Source of the DNA: Macrostomum lignano
Lineage: Eukaryota
DNA length: 64,000 bases
NCBI GenBank assembly: GCA_002269645.1
Contig: NIVC01001872.1
Coordinates: 4,823 to 68,822 of the forward strand
Direction: 5' to 3'
The translations under genes were made by a program, and so were the position numbers. Below, in pieces: positions 36,497 to 47,566 of the stretch (the stretch's first letter is position 1; each line of letters opens with the position of its first letter). The notes beneath the pieces are model-generated. The model was not told the origin of the DNA. It did no database searches and saw only the letters and a program-made list of their open reading frames with translations.

Positions 36497-37429
36497 CCCC
36501 GTTTTCAAGGAGAGCTGGGACTCCGTTCGCTTTGTTGCAAATGGATTTTTTGGTGACATCCAGGAAGTTGTCACAGACAGAGGCATCAGGTGCGCCGCCA
36601 AGACTCTCAACCTGCCTGTGCAGCTCGGCGATAAGAAGGAGACGAAAACGAAGAATATCGATGAAGCTGTCGAGAGCGAGAGAAACCTGTGCCGACTGCG
36701 GCATCCCAACATCGTCAGGTTCTTGCACATCGCTCAGCCGGAGCCCGCCACAGTCGTTGTGTTCATGGAGCTGCTGGACGGCCGAAGCTTGGAGAGGTTT
36801 ATCGACAACCAGCCGCTGGACGAGCTGACGATTCGAGACTTCAGCGAGCAGGTGAGCATTGTGCATCCTTGATGCTCCTGTTCCATGTTCCCATGAATGA
36901 TGACTGCTCACTGACCGACCGCTCGCAGATCTGCCGCGCGCTGCTCTACCTGCACAGCCGGCAGCCGCCCGTGATCCACAGAGACATCAACTGCTCGAAC
37001 ATAATTGTTTGTGCTGACAACACGCGAATCAAGCTGATCGACTTCGGCCTGTCAATCAAGCTGGAGCAGATAGTCAGCCGCCACTCATCTTTCCCGGAGG
37101 CACCCAAAGGCACTCTGAACTTCATGGCGCCAGAGCTGCTCGGAATTGGCACCTCTGAATGCCTTCAGTGCAGCAGAGAGTCGGACATCTGGGCGTTCGG
37201 CTGCTCGGTCTTCCAGATGGCCTCCGGTGCCAAACCGTTCTTAAATGTCAAAAGCTTCTGGGAACTGGCATTGGATCTTTACAGGACCGGTGCCCCCGCC
37301 CTGCCAGACGGCCGGTCCGCAAAACTGAGGGATTTCTACAGCCGCTGCACTGCTAAGGACCGCAGGGAGAGAAGCTCAGCCCAGCAGCTGCTGGAGTTTC
37401 TGGCAAACTGTTCTGACTCGCAGCTCTAA
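36497..37429 (+). CDS. Second MAP3K-like kinase domain; exons 36497-36851 and 36929-37429; upstream exons missing or distant
   Basis: Open frames; ANGFFGDI (altered Gly loop), CAAK, HRDINCSN, DFG, APE. The intron is nearly identical to the kinase 1 intron. Starts at a phase-2 acceptor. Confidence 0.8.
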
Positions 37430-38174
37430 GCCGAGATGCTTGAAAAAACTGTCCGTGATGATTTTTATACGCATGGTACGCGTAAATTGAACGAAAACTG
37501 TTTTTAGCAGTCTAGCATGCAATACTTGGCTTTTGAACTTTCACTTACTTTGTCCCTCAAGTGGCGCTTTTATTTTTCGAACAAAATGACAAATATTTTG
37601 TCAGCAGACGGATTCCTGACAGATCTGGACTAAATCTGAAAATGTGTTGAACGATTAAAATTTGTTGATTTAACTTTTTCTCTTTATTGTTTCGATTTCG
37701 CCAGATTTTCAAACTACGCTCGTATTTATTCCACAACTATTCTATAGATTTGCCGCAGGCATAGATGGGTCACTAAGCTTCGAATCCCCCATGACTGAGT
37801 GCCAGATGCAGCCATGAACTTTTCTCATTTCAAGCGCCAACTTTTTATTTGTTTCCCCTTCTCTGCTTTCTCTTCGGCACCAATCTTTTACTCTCTGCCC
37901 ACCCTCAAGCAGTGAAGCTGCTCAAATGCCTATCTGTACTCAAGCTCTTTGCTGTTTGCCATGAGCTGGTGTCGCTATTTATGAGCTTTTCGTGACGAAT
38001 CAATGAAAGTGGAACCTGACGACTTTTCCAGAGAGAGTAGAGCCAGCTGCAGAGAGAGTAGAGCCAGCTGCAGAGAGAGTAGAGGCAGCTGCGGAGAGAG
38101 TAGAGGCAGCTCTGCTCTACTGTGCATACAACTGAAGCATTACACAGCATGCACACATCACCCACACTAAATTT

Positions 38175-38525
38175 AGCATCCCCATCACCCAGCATCCCCA
38201 TCACCCAGCATCCCCATCACCCAGCATCCCGATCACCCAGCATCCCCATCACCCACCATCCCCATCACCCTGCATCCCCATCACCCACCATCCCCATCAC
38301 CCACCATCCCCATCACCCAGCATCCCCATCACCCAGCATCCCGATCACCCAGCATCCCCATCACCCACCATCCCCATCACCCTGCATCCCCATCACCCAC
38401 CATCCCCATCACCCAGCATCCTCATCACCCAGCATCCCCATCACCCAGCATCTCCATCACCCAGCATCCCCATCACCCAGCATCCTCATCACCCAGCATC
38501 CCCATCACCCAGCATCCCAATCACC
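38175..38525. repeat. 16-bp minisatellite (CCATCACCCAGCATCC)n
   Basis: About 22 units; a 21-bp repeat also lies at about 38030-38110. Confidence 0.92.
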
Positions 38526-40604
38526 CACCAACACGCAACCCTCTAGCTAACAGGCTGTTTATTCGTGGGATTCCCTCCGGAATCAGCGGTGCTTCCAGAA
38601 CAAAAGCAACTCAATGCAGGAAGTGGCTCACTCTGCGGTTGTCAGGCACGGATCAGCTGACGGAATGCATTCGGCCTCAAAATGAGAGCCTATAAATAAG
38701 GCAATGAGCACAGCAAGCAGAGCAGATTCCAGACCCTGAGTGCTTGCAGGAGTCACAATTATTCTCTGATTGCCGATTCGGAGGCAACTCTGAGCTGCTT
38801 CATCTGTAGGCCCAGTTTGTCGCTTTTATTCTGTTTGTATTTTTTTCGACCGCGCCTTTGTTGTTGGATAATTCTGTCTGTCTAATTTACTTTTTTGCCT
38901 GCTGACGATCGGTGCAATCGCGTAAAGATTCAACTTCATGAATAAATATATGAGCTGCATCACTGCTTTGCTGGTATCTCCAGATGAAGACAACTTTTTT
39001 ATGCAAATTATTAGCCAGAATTGGCCGCCACTATATATCTTAGTTATATAAAATAATAAATATATAATAAATCGTATAACTTCCTATTTCATTTATGTAA
39101 TTGTTGCTTATGGTGGCTCCAATTGGGCCGTTTTAATCTGTGCTTGTTGTGTGTATTCAGAGCGGTCCGTGCAGTATGATAGTTTCACGATCAATAATTT
39201 AGACCTCTCAGTATCGAAAGACTGTGCGCCTCATGCCAGTGTTTTGCTCTCCAAGTGCAGCATGCAGAAGTCTCGCAGAGCAGATAAGCGGGACTCGAGG
39301 CAGTTCCTGCACTGAAGACTCGGCAGCCCTTAGCAGTGTCTGCAGTGGAGTTGGCCGGCCTGCGGCTCTGTGAGTGCCCAATGCAAGCTGCAGCACGTCG
39401 AGTTGAGCTTTGCTTAATCAGATAAAATTCTTTTTCAGCTGTTGAATTTCTGCGAATTTCTGAGCATTAGGCATGAGTGCTTGGTTTTCATTGCTTAAAT
39501 AAACCATATATAGACAGGCTGGGAGGCTGGCTGGAGAGTATCAGATCCACGAGCAGGTGCTTAGGATCAAGGCTTAGCCTAGGTACCCTACAATGTGAGC
39601 TCTTACTTGGTTCAAAGTCCTAGCTGAACATGTTACCTGTCGGAGTCACATGACCGAGGCAGGCGAAGGTCGAACTGGACACTGGGGTGCCTGTGAGGTG
39701 TCTCACAAAGACAATAACCAAACAAGGCTTCAGCTTTGCAGCAAGGCCAGACCGAAAACACAAAAGAGCCACAGGTCGCACCTAAATTCCGCCCCTGTAG
39801 AAAACAAGATTAGTGGAGCCACCGAAGCCGCAACGCAGATCAAAACAAGCTCTTCCCGATAAGAGAGTCGCGCAGAGCTCACCTGAGAAGGGCAGCCATG
39901 CAGCCCCAAGAATCAGCTGACACTGACGTCAAGGGTCGAAAGCAACACTGGGCAAGAGAGCTACATCTTTAATTTAACTGTTGACGCGAGTTTTGAAAGC
40001 TTTGTGAAAAGATGAAATTGTCAGTCGGTTGAGGAGCTCACAGTGCATGAGGCCACTTTGATTGCAGTGGAAAGCTCAAGAATCGCATCATCTGTGCTTT
40101 TCAGCCATTCTCTGCTGCTTTTGCGGCCTGCATGCGATTATGGTTTAGCTGGGTTCCATTTTATACTTGTTAAAGAAATAATCAAGTCTAATAAATCTAA
40201 GGGTTAGACTTTAACAAAAAAACAGGTAAATGAGCCCTGTGGCTAAATTATTGCTTATATACAAAATTAAATCGATGTTCTCTCTCTCCAACTCTCTGAC
40301 TCAACAACGCCTCACGCACATCAACCCCACCCCAACACACTCTGAGACGGGGACCGCCAAGTGTACACTGGCGACGCTACACATAGCAGAGGGTCGGTAC
40401 GCAGGCACTCCAAATCCAATACAATACTACTATTAGGATTCATTAATGCTAAAAGTGCTTGTTTTTCTTTGAGTTTAAAACCGAAAATGAATCTGAGAAA
40501 TTATTTTCTCGCATTTTGTTTTAATAACAGTACACAATTCTAAAATCTCTCAAGATTAAGACGCTGAGAGATTCTGAGATGCTGGGAGATTCTGAGATGC
40601 TGAG

Positions 40605-40890
40605 AGGACACAAACCAGTGAATAGAACCGGACAAAAACCAGTGAATAGAACCGGACACAAACCAGTGAATAGAACCGGACACAAACCAATGAATAGAAC
40701 CGGACACAAACCAGTGAATAGAACCGGACACAAACCAGTGAATAGAATCGGACACAAACCAGTGAATAGAACCGGACACAAACCAGTGAATAAAACCGGA
40801 CACAAACCAGTGAATATAACCGGACACAAACCAGTGAATAGAACCGAACACACACCAGTGAATAGAACAGGACACAAACCAGTGAATAGA
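40605..40890. repeat. 24-bp minisatellite (AACCGGACACAAACCAGTGAATAG)n
   Basis: About 12 units; shares CCGGACACAAAC...ATAG with the 35125-35535 array. Confidence 0.95.
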
Positions 40891-41404
40891 GGCTGCTCTC
40901 TGCTGCCAGGGTGCTGTCTCAACTCTCACAGACAGAATACTGCAGTCAGAAATGAGCGCACAGTTTGCATGTATCAACTGGCTGTGCTGCTCTTAGAAGG
41001 CACCGGCGCAGCCAGAAATAGGAGCAGCAGAAGTTCCACAGTTCCTCTGAAAACAAGCAATGACGGCAGAGGTCTGTCTCGGGCAGACTACGTTGGGCGA
41101 TGGCATCTGGTGGACGTTCGGCGCTGTGCACTCTCTGGAGTCCATGAGAATCGTGCAAAGTACATGTACATTGTACATGTCCTTTCTGCGAAATAAATAT
41201 TGTACGAGTAATAGTACATTCTCCCATGTAGAGACTCACTAGCGACCCAGCTTAGACTCTCAGGAAGGACAGAGAAGTCCTCTGTGTCCCTGCATGGTCA
41301 ATGCGATCCGAACCCAGCAGTGTCCTTTTTTATCAGCTGTGACTTCGAGATCGACAGCCAAAAGAGTTAAGACAGTTCAGACTCAGAGCCACTTCTAGTC
41401 GGAA

Positions 41405-42540
41405 ATCTGTATGTTCTATCTGTATGTTCCATCTGTATGTTCTATCTGTATGTTCTATCTGTATGTTCCATCTGTATGTTCTATCTGAGTGTTCCATCTG
41501 AGTGTTCTATCTGTATGTTCTATCTGTATGTTCTATCTGTATGTTCCATCTGTATGTTCTATCTGAGTGTTCCAACTAAGTGTTCTATCTGTATGTTCTA
41601 TCTGTATGTTCTATCTGTATGTTCTATCTGTGTGTTCTATCTGTATGTTCTATCTGTGTGTTCTATCTGTGTGTTCTATCTGTATGTTCTATCTGTGTGT
41701 TCTTTCCGTATGTTCTATCTGTATGTTCTATCTGTATGTTCTATCTGTATGTTCCATCTGTATGTTCTATCTGAGTGTTCCAACTGAGTGTTCTATCTGT
41801 ATGTTCTATCTGTATGTTCTATCTGTATGTTCTATCTGTATGTTCTATCTGTGTGTTCTATCTGTGTGTTCTATCTGTATGTTCTATCTGTGTGTTCTAT
41901 CTGTATGTTCTATCTGTGTGTTCTATCTGTGTGTTCTATCTGTATGTTCTATCTGTGTGTTCTATCTGTATTTTCTATCTGTATCTTCTATCTGTATGTT
42001 CTATCTGTATTTTCTATATGTATCTTCTATCTGTATGTTCTATCTGTATTTTCTATCTGTGTGTTCTATCTGTGTGTTCTATCTGTATGTTCTATCTGTG
42101 TGTTCTATCTGTGTGTTCTATCTGTATGTTCTATCTGTGTGTTCTATCTGTGTGTTCTATCTGTATGTTCTATCTGTATGTTCTATCTGGATGTTCTATC
42201 TGTATGTTCTATCTGTATGTTCTATCTGTATGTTCTATCTGTATGTTCTATCTGGATGTTCTATCTGTATGTTCTATCTGTATGTTCTATCTGTATGTTC
42301 TATCTGTATGTTCTATCTGTATGTTCTATCTGTATGTTCTATCTGTATGTTCTATCTGTATGTTCTATATGTGTGTTCTATCTGTGTGTTCTATCTGTAT
42401 GTTCTATCTGGATGTTCTATCTGTATTTTCTATCTGTATCTTCTATCTGTATGTTCTATCTGTATTTTCTATATGTATCTTCTATCTGTGTGTTCTATCT
42501 GTATGTTCTATCTGTATGTTCTATCTGGATGTTCTATCTG
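41405..42540. repeat. 13-bp minisatellite (ATGTTCTATCTGT)n
   Basis: About 87 units. Confidence 0.95.
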
Positions 42541-42832
42541 CCATTGTTGAGTCCTTTCTTCATCTCCTCTCTTATCTTTGCAATTTTTCACTGCCCACTC
42601 AACTCTGCAAGTCTGCACTCCAAACGCTACTGCCATAAGTAGTATGCATTCCGTACGGAGAAGAATCAGAGACCGAGGCTCGCATTCGGCCAATAAGCCG
42701 TGAGCAGTGAATCTCTCTGACAATGTCTTCTGAGGCCGATAAAATAACTGCTGTGCTGGGGGGGGGCGGCTGGTCATGCAGTTTTCTTTTCTTTTTAGGC
42801 TGAGTTGAGATAATCTGATCGAAGCGCGCATA

Positions 42833-43035
42833 ATGGGCAATGGAACTTCGAAGGTACAGCATTTTTATTTTAAAGTACTTACTTTTGCGAGTTCAAGCAG
42901 TAAATTAAAACAAACTTTTTGCCTTGTTCTTACGTCCTCATGTTCAGCTTGGGTGCAATTGCAGTTGCAGAAACTCACTTAGCCAAACTATAGAAACCGG
43001 GCAGTAGCAGAAACTCAGCAGCCAGGCATAAAACA
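42833..43035 (+). pseudogene. 5' part of a third ankyrin gene copy (exon 42833-42853 MGNGTSK; exon A start at 42971 with a TAG stop at 42980-42982)
   Basis: CAGCTTGGGTGCAATTGCAGTTGCAG|AAACTCACTTAGCC...AAACCGGGCA is homologous to 25780-25840. The rest of exon A resumes at about 48021. Confidence 0.65.
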
Positions 43036-43384
43036 TCACACTTATCATATCTCTTCTACTTCTATTCGTACTCCCATTCCTATTTTTGCGCGTGGTGCCC
43101 CTAATCGGTTCGTTTTATCCCTACTTGTGTGTATTTAGAGCGTATTCGCGAAGTTGCACGATCAATAATAGCCTCTTCGCGCGTTATCAAGTTTTTTTTA
43201 TACGAGCTAATATAACCGCTCTCGCCTCGGTCAGCCGACTTTTACTGCCACGACAAAATGTACCCTCACTCGAAAATTTCCGATCAAACAGTGCCAGCCG
43301 ATAAAAGTCAGAAATGTACATTAAATTAACGTAGATTGCAAAGTCTTGAGGAGCACTCTCAGAGTAGCAATGAAAGGCGCGGAG

Positions 43385-43407
43385 AGAGATGGAGAACAAG
43401 GAGAGAA

Positions 43408-43492
<85 letters not shown>

Positions 43493-43525
43493 GAGAGAGA
43501 AAGAGAGAGATGGAGAGAGAGATGG

Positions 43526-43558
<33 letters not shown>

Positions 43559-43610
43559 TAGATGGAGAGAGATTAGAGAGAGAGAGAGGTAGAGAGAGAA
43601 GAGAGGTAAC
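43385..43610. repeat. (GA)n microsatellite, left flank of the Penelope-like element
   Basis: Direct reading; a matching (GA)n tract lies at 47564-47612. Confidence 0.97.
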
Positions 43611-43634
43611 GGCGTGTTGAAAATATTGAATATG

Positions 43635-43672
43635 GGCTACCGGTTTCGAGCCTCTGGGCTCTTCGTCAGGCC
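43635..43672 (-). ncRNA. Minimal type I hammerhead ribozyme
   Basis: Minus strand GGC-CUGACGA-A-GAGCC-CAGA-GGCUC-GAAA-CCGG-UA-GCC. Intact core, 5-bp stem II, palindromic stem III, GUA cleavage triplet, 3-bp stem I. Confidence 0.85.
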
Positions 43673-43946
43673 GTAATGCAATGCAAATAGGTCTTTTAAG
43701 TAATTTTTCTGAGTCTGATAAAATTGATGAGTACTTGTACGAGTACATATGAGGGATGTACTGCCTGTTTCGTCTAGCGGGAGCATGGTTTATTTTGTAG
43801 CTTATCAAAGTTTTTAGCTATCTCGTTGGAAAGCCAGACCGTAGATGGGTGAAAAGGAAGGACCAATGGGATGGGTCGGAGAAGGTGATTGTCGACCCTG
43901 ATGCTCGCATTCGGCGGTTTGTCAGTCCCCAGTTTTTAATCCAGAT

Positions 43947-45982
43947 TTATTCCCTTAGTTCGATTTTGTTGCTATTAAGAACTTGTTCGATAGCAATGGA
44001 GAAAAAGTTTGCAATCGAGTGATTGGGAGTGAGAAAGTGCTCTAACCCCGAAGTAACGATTCTCCTGTTAATATTTGACCTGTGCTGGTTCATTCTATCT
44101 CTCATTGTTCTTCTAGTCATACCTACATAGAAGATTTTCCCAGGGTGGCACTGGTTACAGGAGATGCCATAGATGATGTTCTTGGAGCCACAGGACAGGC
44201 TCTGAGAGACTAAAACATCGGAAGCCGGTTTCAGCCCCTGGGCGGAGAGAGCAGGCGGTGAGTGGGTGCAGCATTTGCAGCGGGATGACCCACAGGGATG
44301 GAACCCTTTGGGAAGCAAACACAGATTGGTTGTTGGTCCCGCAGTCCAGTTCGTAAGTTTGAGGACCTCCTTTTTGCAGTTTCTAAGAAAAATCTTCAAG
44401 TAGCCTAATTGCTTGAGTTCCGATTTTAAAGAATTGAAAGCATCGTTGAAAGACTTGTAGTCATCACAGATTCGAGCGTACCGAAGGATTTGGGATTTTA
44501 CTACCCCCTTGAAGGTGTGTGACGGATGGAAGGACTGTCGGTGCAGCAATCTATGAGTGTCTGTTTCTTTTGAAAACAGTTGTGTTGTGAAGCGGTTTTC
44601 AGCTTTCTTGATGGTCATGTCAAGAAAACTGACCTCAGTTGATGAGGAGCTGACGGTGAGTTTGATGTTGGGGTTGATTGAATTTAGGTGTCGAACAAAT
44701 TCTGTCAGAGCTTCAGCCGGGTGGTCCCAGTGAATGAAGATATCATCTATGTACCTAAAATAGATGTTGGGCTTATAAAGAGCAGTTTTCAGGGCAGTTT
44801 CCTCCCAGAGGCTCATGAAGAGGCAGGCATAGCTGGGCGCAAATATGCGCCCCATGGCTGTACCTCTAAGTTGTAGGAAAATAACTTTGTCAAATTCAAA
44901 GTCATTCCTGTACAAACACAATTCCAGTAGCTTTATTATTTCAGCATCCGGTCTAATGGGATCCGGGTATCGGTTAAAGAATTCCTGGATCGCTGCAATG
45001 CCCTGATCTATTGGGATCATGGAGTACAGACTCTGGACATCACAAGTTGCCAGAGTCGAACCTTCCTTGCAGCTTTTATCCATAAGGTGTGCCTTGAAGT
45101 CATAGGAGTCCTTAATGAAAGTGGGTTGCGCTTGGGCAATCGGTTTTAGAAAGAAGTCTATGTACTTTTCGGCCCCAATTGCTTCAGAACTGCATCCGCT
45201 AACAATAGGTTTGCCTGCTGGGACCCGAAAGGGGATCAGCCAGGTGGCCGGGTCCTTGTGAATTTTTGGGAGCAGGTAGAAATGCCGGGGACGGAAGTTC
45301 TCTCCGGGACAAAGAAAAGAAAACTGTTTCTTCGATATGAACTTTCTATTACATAAATCGAGGAAGATCCCCCTGATAAGTTCCGCAGTCTCGGGTTGCA
45401 GTGGCTGGTCCAGCTGTTGATAGGCATTAGTGTCAAGCAATTGGTTGTAGGCTGCAAATTCGTAATAATTATGGTGCATGATGACCACTGCGTTACCTTT
45501 GTCCGGCTTTTTATAAGGACGGAGCTGTTTCGCTTGAGCCCCTGAATCGCTTTGGTCTCTGGCACCTCTAGGTTGCCTTTGATCTGTACCGTTGTCAAAT
45601 TCTCTACCAGTTTTTGGTTCTCAAGCACAAACAAGTTGCACTCATCCCTTCTACGTTTTGAGGGAACCTCCTTTACTTATTTCCCCATGAAGGGGGCGGG
45701 CTGCTATTGGCGAGCCCCTCTTTTGAAAAAATCTGTCCAGAAAAGTTTCCGATAAAATTCCGTCATGCAGTTCCTCAGATCATCGAAATCAAGGGCTTGG
45801 GTTGGGATAAAATTAAGTCCCTTATCTAGCAGCCTCGTCTCGGACTCGGAGAGTTGGAAGGTAGGGTGTAGATTCAAAATGTTGCCTTCCAGTTTGGGAG
45901 GCCTACAGTAGTCAGCTAGTTTAAAGTTCTCAGCCAGGAAGCCAGCGCCAGTATATAAAGTCAGGCGCTGAGAAGGATACAA
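43947..45982 (-). CDS. PLE reverse transcriptase / GIY-YIG endonuclease polyprotein, disrupted upstream of 45490
   Basis: LLDKGLNFIPT, KPDKGNAVVIM, FYLLPKIHK, DVQSLYSMI, QLRGTAMG...APSYA, FRYIDDIF, linker CGSSRCKCC, and IIYGISC...FYVGMTRR..RMNQH. The main 513-aa frame is 43947-45488, with a frameshift in an A-run near 45510. Confidence 0.93.
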
Positions 45983-46098
45983 TTGGTTTAAGAGGAGAAG
46001 AGGCAGTAAGAGTAACAGGTGAGATCTGGTAGCGATGCTCGTTTAATAAGTAATAGAGAAATGAAGGCCAACACCAACATATAATAAATTATTTTAAT

Positions 46099-46137
46099 AG
46101 CCAACGCGTTTCGACACAAGCGGTCATCTTCAGGGCT
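46099..46137 (-). ncRNA. Minimal hammerhead ribozyme (left arm)
   Basis: AGCC-CUGAAGA-U-GAC-CGCUUGU-GUC-GAAA-CGCG-UU-GGCU. Confidence 0.75.
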
Positions 46138-46397
46138 TGCACTCATGATTCACATACAGTTCAGTATACTTAAATAGAGAAAATCAAGATCTGTACATGG
46201 CAATAGACAAATGGGTTCAGTCCGGTCGATAATTGTGCATTACGAGACGTTTTCTGTGTGATGGCCAAATAATTTATTATAGTTTCGTCTCGTAATGTAC
46301 AATTATCGACCGGACTGAACCCATTTGTCTATTGCCATGTACAGATCTTGATTTTCTCTATTTAAGTATACTGAACTGTATGTGAATCATGAGTGCA

Positions 46398-46436
46398 AGC
46401 CCTGAAGACGACCGCTTGTGTCGAAACGCGTTGGCT
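46398..46436 (+). ncRNA. Minimal hammerhead ribozyme (right arm)
   Basis: AGCC-CUGAAGA-C-GAC-CGCUUGU-GUC-GAAA-CGCG-UU-GGCU. Confidence 0.75.
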
Positions 46437-46555
46437 ATTAAAATAATTTATTATATGTTGGTGTTGGCCTTCATTTCTCTAATAGGTGAGAGTTTCTTAC
46501 TCAGAATTTGAGTCAATCCTTCACCGCTGGCAAAGGGCGGAACAAGAAGGATCTC

Positions 46556-47566
46556 TCAGTAGATCGATGGCCTCAGAGAGCGACTCTCGCCAGTGGTCTG
46601 TGCTGAGCAGCTCGTCCGCCAGGACCAGCACCGTTGACTGAGCGCATTGCCGGTTCCGCAGGGCGGCCGACCTTCGTAGTGATGGTAAGGCTGACATTGA
46701 GTACTCATGCACCTCTGTGATTGCCAGCAGTTTGAGGCCCTCGAAAGGCTTTGGGCAGAGGACCAGGTTCCGGAAGTCCCTGCTGATGATGAGCGTACCG
46801 GGCTGCTCAAAGGTGAGTCATTCAGATGCGGCCTGTGGCGTTCCGGACCACCAGGGGAGTCCTCAGAGTCCGGCGATGGTAAGCGACGTTCAGCAGGTGA
46901 AGCAGGCAGTCCCACCCGTGGAAGAGGCGGGGTCACAAAAAGGTCGTCAGCCGCCGACGTACAGCCGTTGTCGGGTGAGGCGACTTCGGTGGTCCCACCG
47001 GCCGCCGGACTGCCTACCGGAGCCCCAACCGCAACCGCTGGCGGGTCGTTGCTTATCGTCGCATCGGCGCTCGCTGCCACGTCCCCAATAGCGCCGTCCG
47101 CTACCGAGTCGGCGTTGGTCTCCGTGCTCGTGCTAGCCGTGGATTCATTGTTTGTTGCTGCGATCGTGCTGGCTGTCGTGGTGTCGTCCTCCACGTTAGA
47201 GCAGACGACCTCTGAGATCCTACGATGTTTGGCAGATTGGGCGCTCTCTTCGAGATCGACTGGTGCCAGGCTTGTAGCCAGAGAGATTACGGTGCTGGGA
47301 ATGGCAGTCTTGGTGGCACTAGGTGCAGATGGGGCCAAGAAAGCCCCGGTGGCACCGCTGTTGGGATCTTCGTGAGTCCAGCGGAAGGTCAAGTTGAACT
47401 GGCGGCCACGTTTGTGGTGTTGCGGGGGAATTCGATGATAAAAATTGGCCTGACAGTCGCTTGACATGGTCAGAAGACTGCCATGAAATAGATCGAGAGA
47501 TAAACAAGGCGCAGTCGCTGACTTAGCTTTTAGATCGAAGGTTCTGGTGCACCTGATTGACAAAGA
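46556..47566 (-). CDS. 5'-truncated AlkB-family (ALKBH2/3-like) 2OG-Fe(II) dioxygenase C-terminal half plus a long Ala/Ser/Thr/Pro-rich tail
   Basis: SLSIRCTRTFDL...LDLFHGSLLTM...FYHRIP...RQFNLTFR parallels ALKBH3 SLSFGATRTFEM...L.HGTLLIM...H.VP...RVNLTFR. The HxD part is absent and homology stops at the (TC)n tract. Confidence 0.78.
   Translation of the reverse strand, partial: SLSIRCTRTFDLKAKSATAPCLSLDLFHGSLLTMSSDCQANFYHRIPPQHHKRGRQFNLTFRWTHEDPNSGATGAFLAPSAPSATKTAIPSTVISLATSLAPVDLEESAQSAKHRRISEVVCSNVEDDTTTASTIAATNNESTASTSTETNADSVADGAIGDVAASADATISNDPPAVAVGAPVGSPAAGGTTEVASPDNGCTSAADDLFVTPPLPRVGLPASPAERRLPSPDSEDSPGGPERHRPHLNDSPLSSPVRSSSAGTSGTWSSAQSLSRASNCWQSQRCMSTQCQPYHHYEGRPPCGTGNALSQRCWSWRTSCSAQTTGESRSLRPSIY

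Larger units (their letters stand above)
46054..46481. repeat. 428-bp palindrome: 196-bp arms (46054-46249, 46286-46481) with a 36-bp spacer
   Basis: The arms are reverse complements; I saw only two mismatches. Confidence 0.95.
43612..47563 (-). mobile_element. Penelope-like retroelement (Neptune-like) bounded by (GA)n tracts
   Basis: RT plus GIY-YIG ORF, a hammerhead in the 3' region, and (GA)n immediately on both sides. Confidence 0.85.

Noticed and set aside
41437-42642. Hydrophobic 284-327 aa ORFs
   Set aside because: Translations of the 13-bp minisatellite.
39208-42862. GC-rich minus-strand segments at about 39210-39390, 40950-41190 and 42545-42760 that may be exons
   Set aside because: I could not fix the frame or recognise a domain; RNA-seq is needed.
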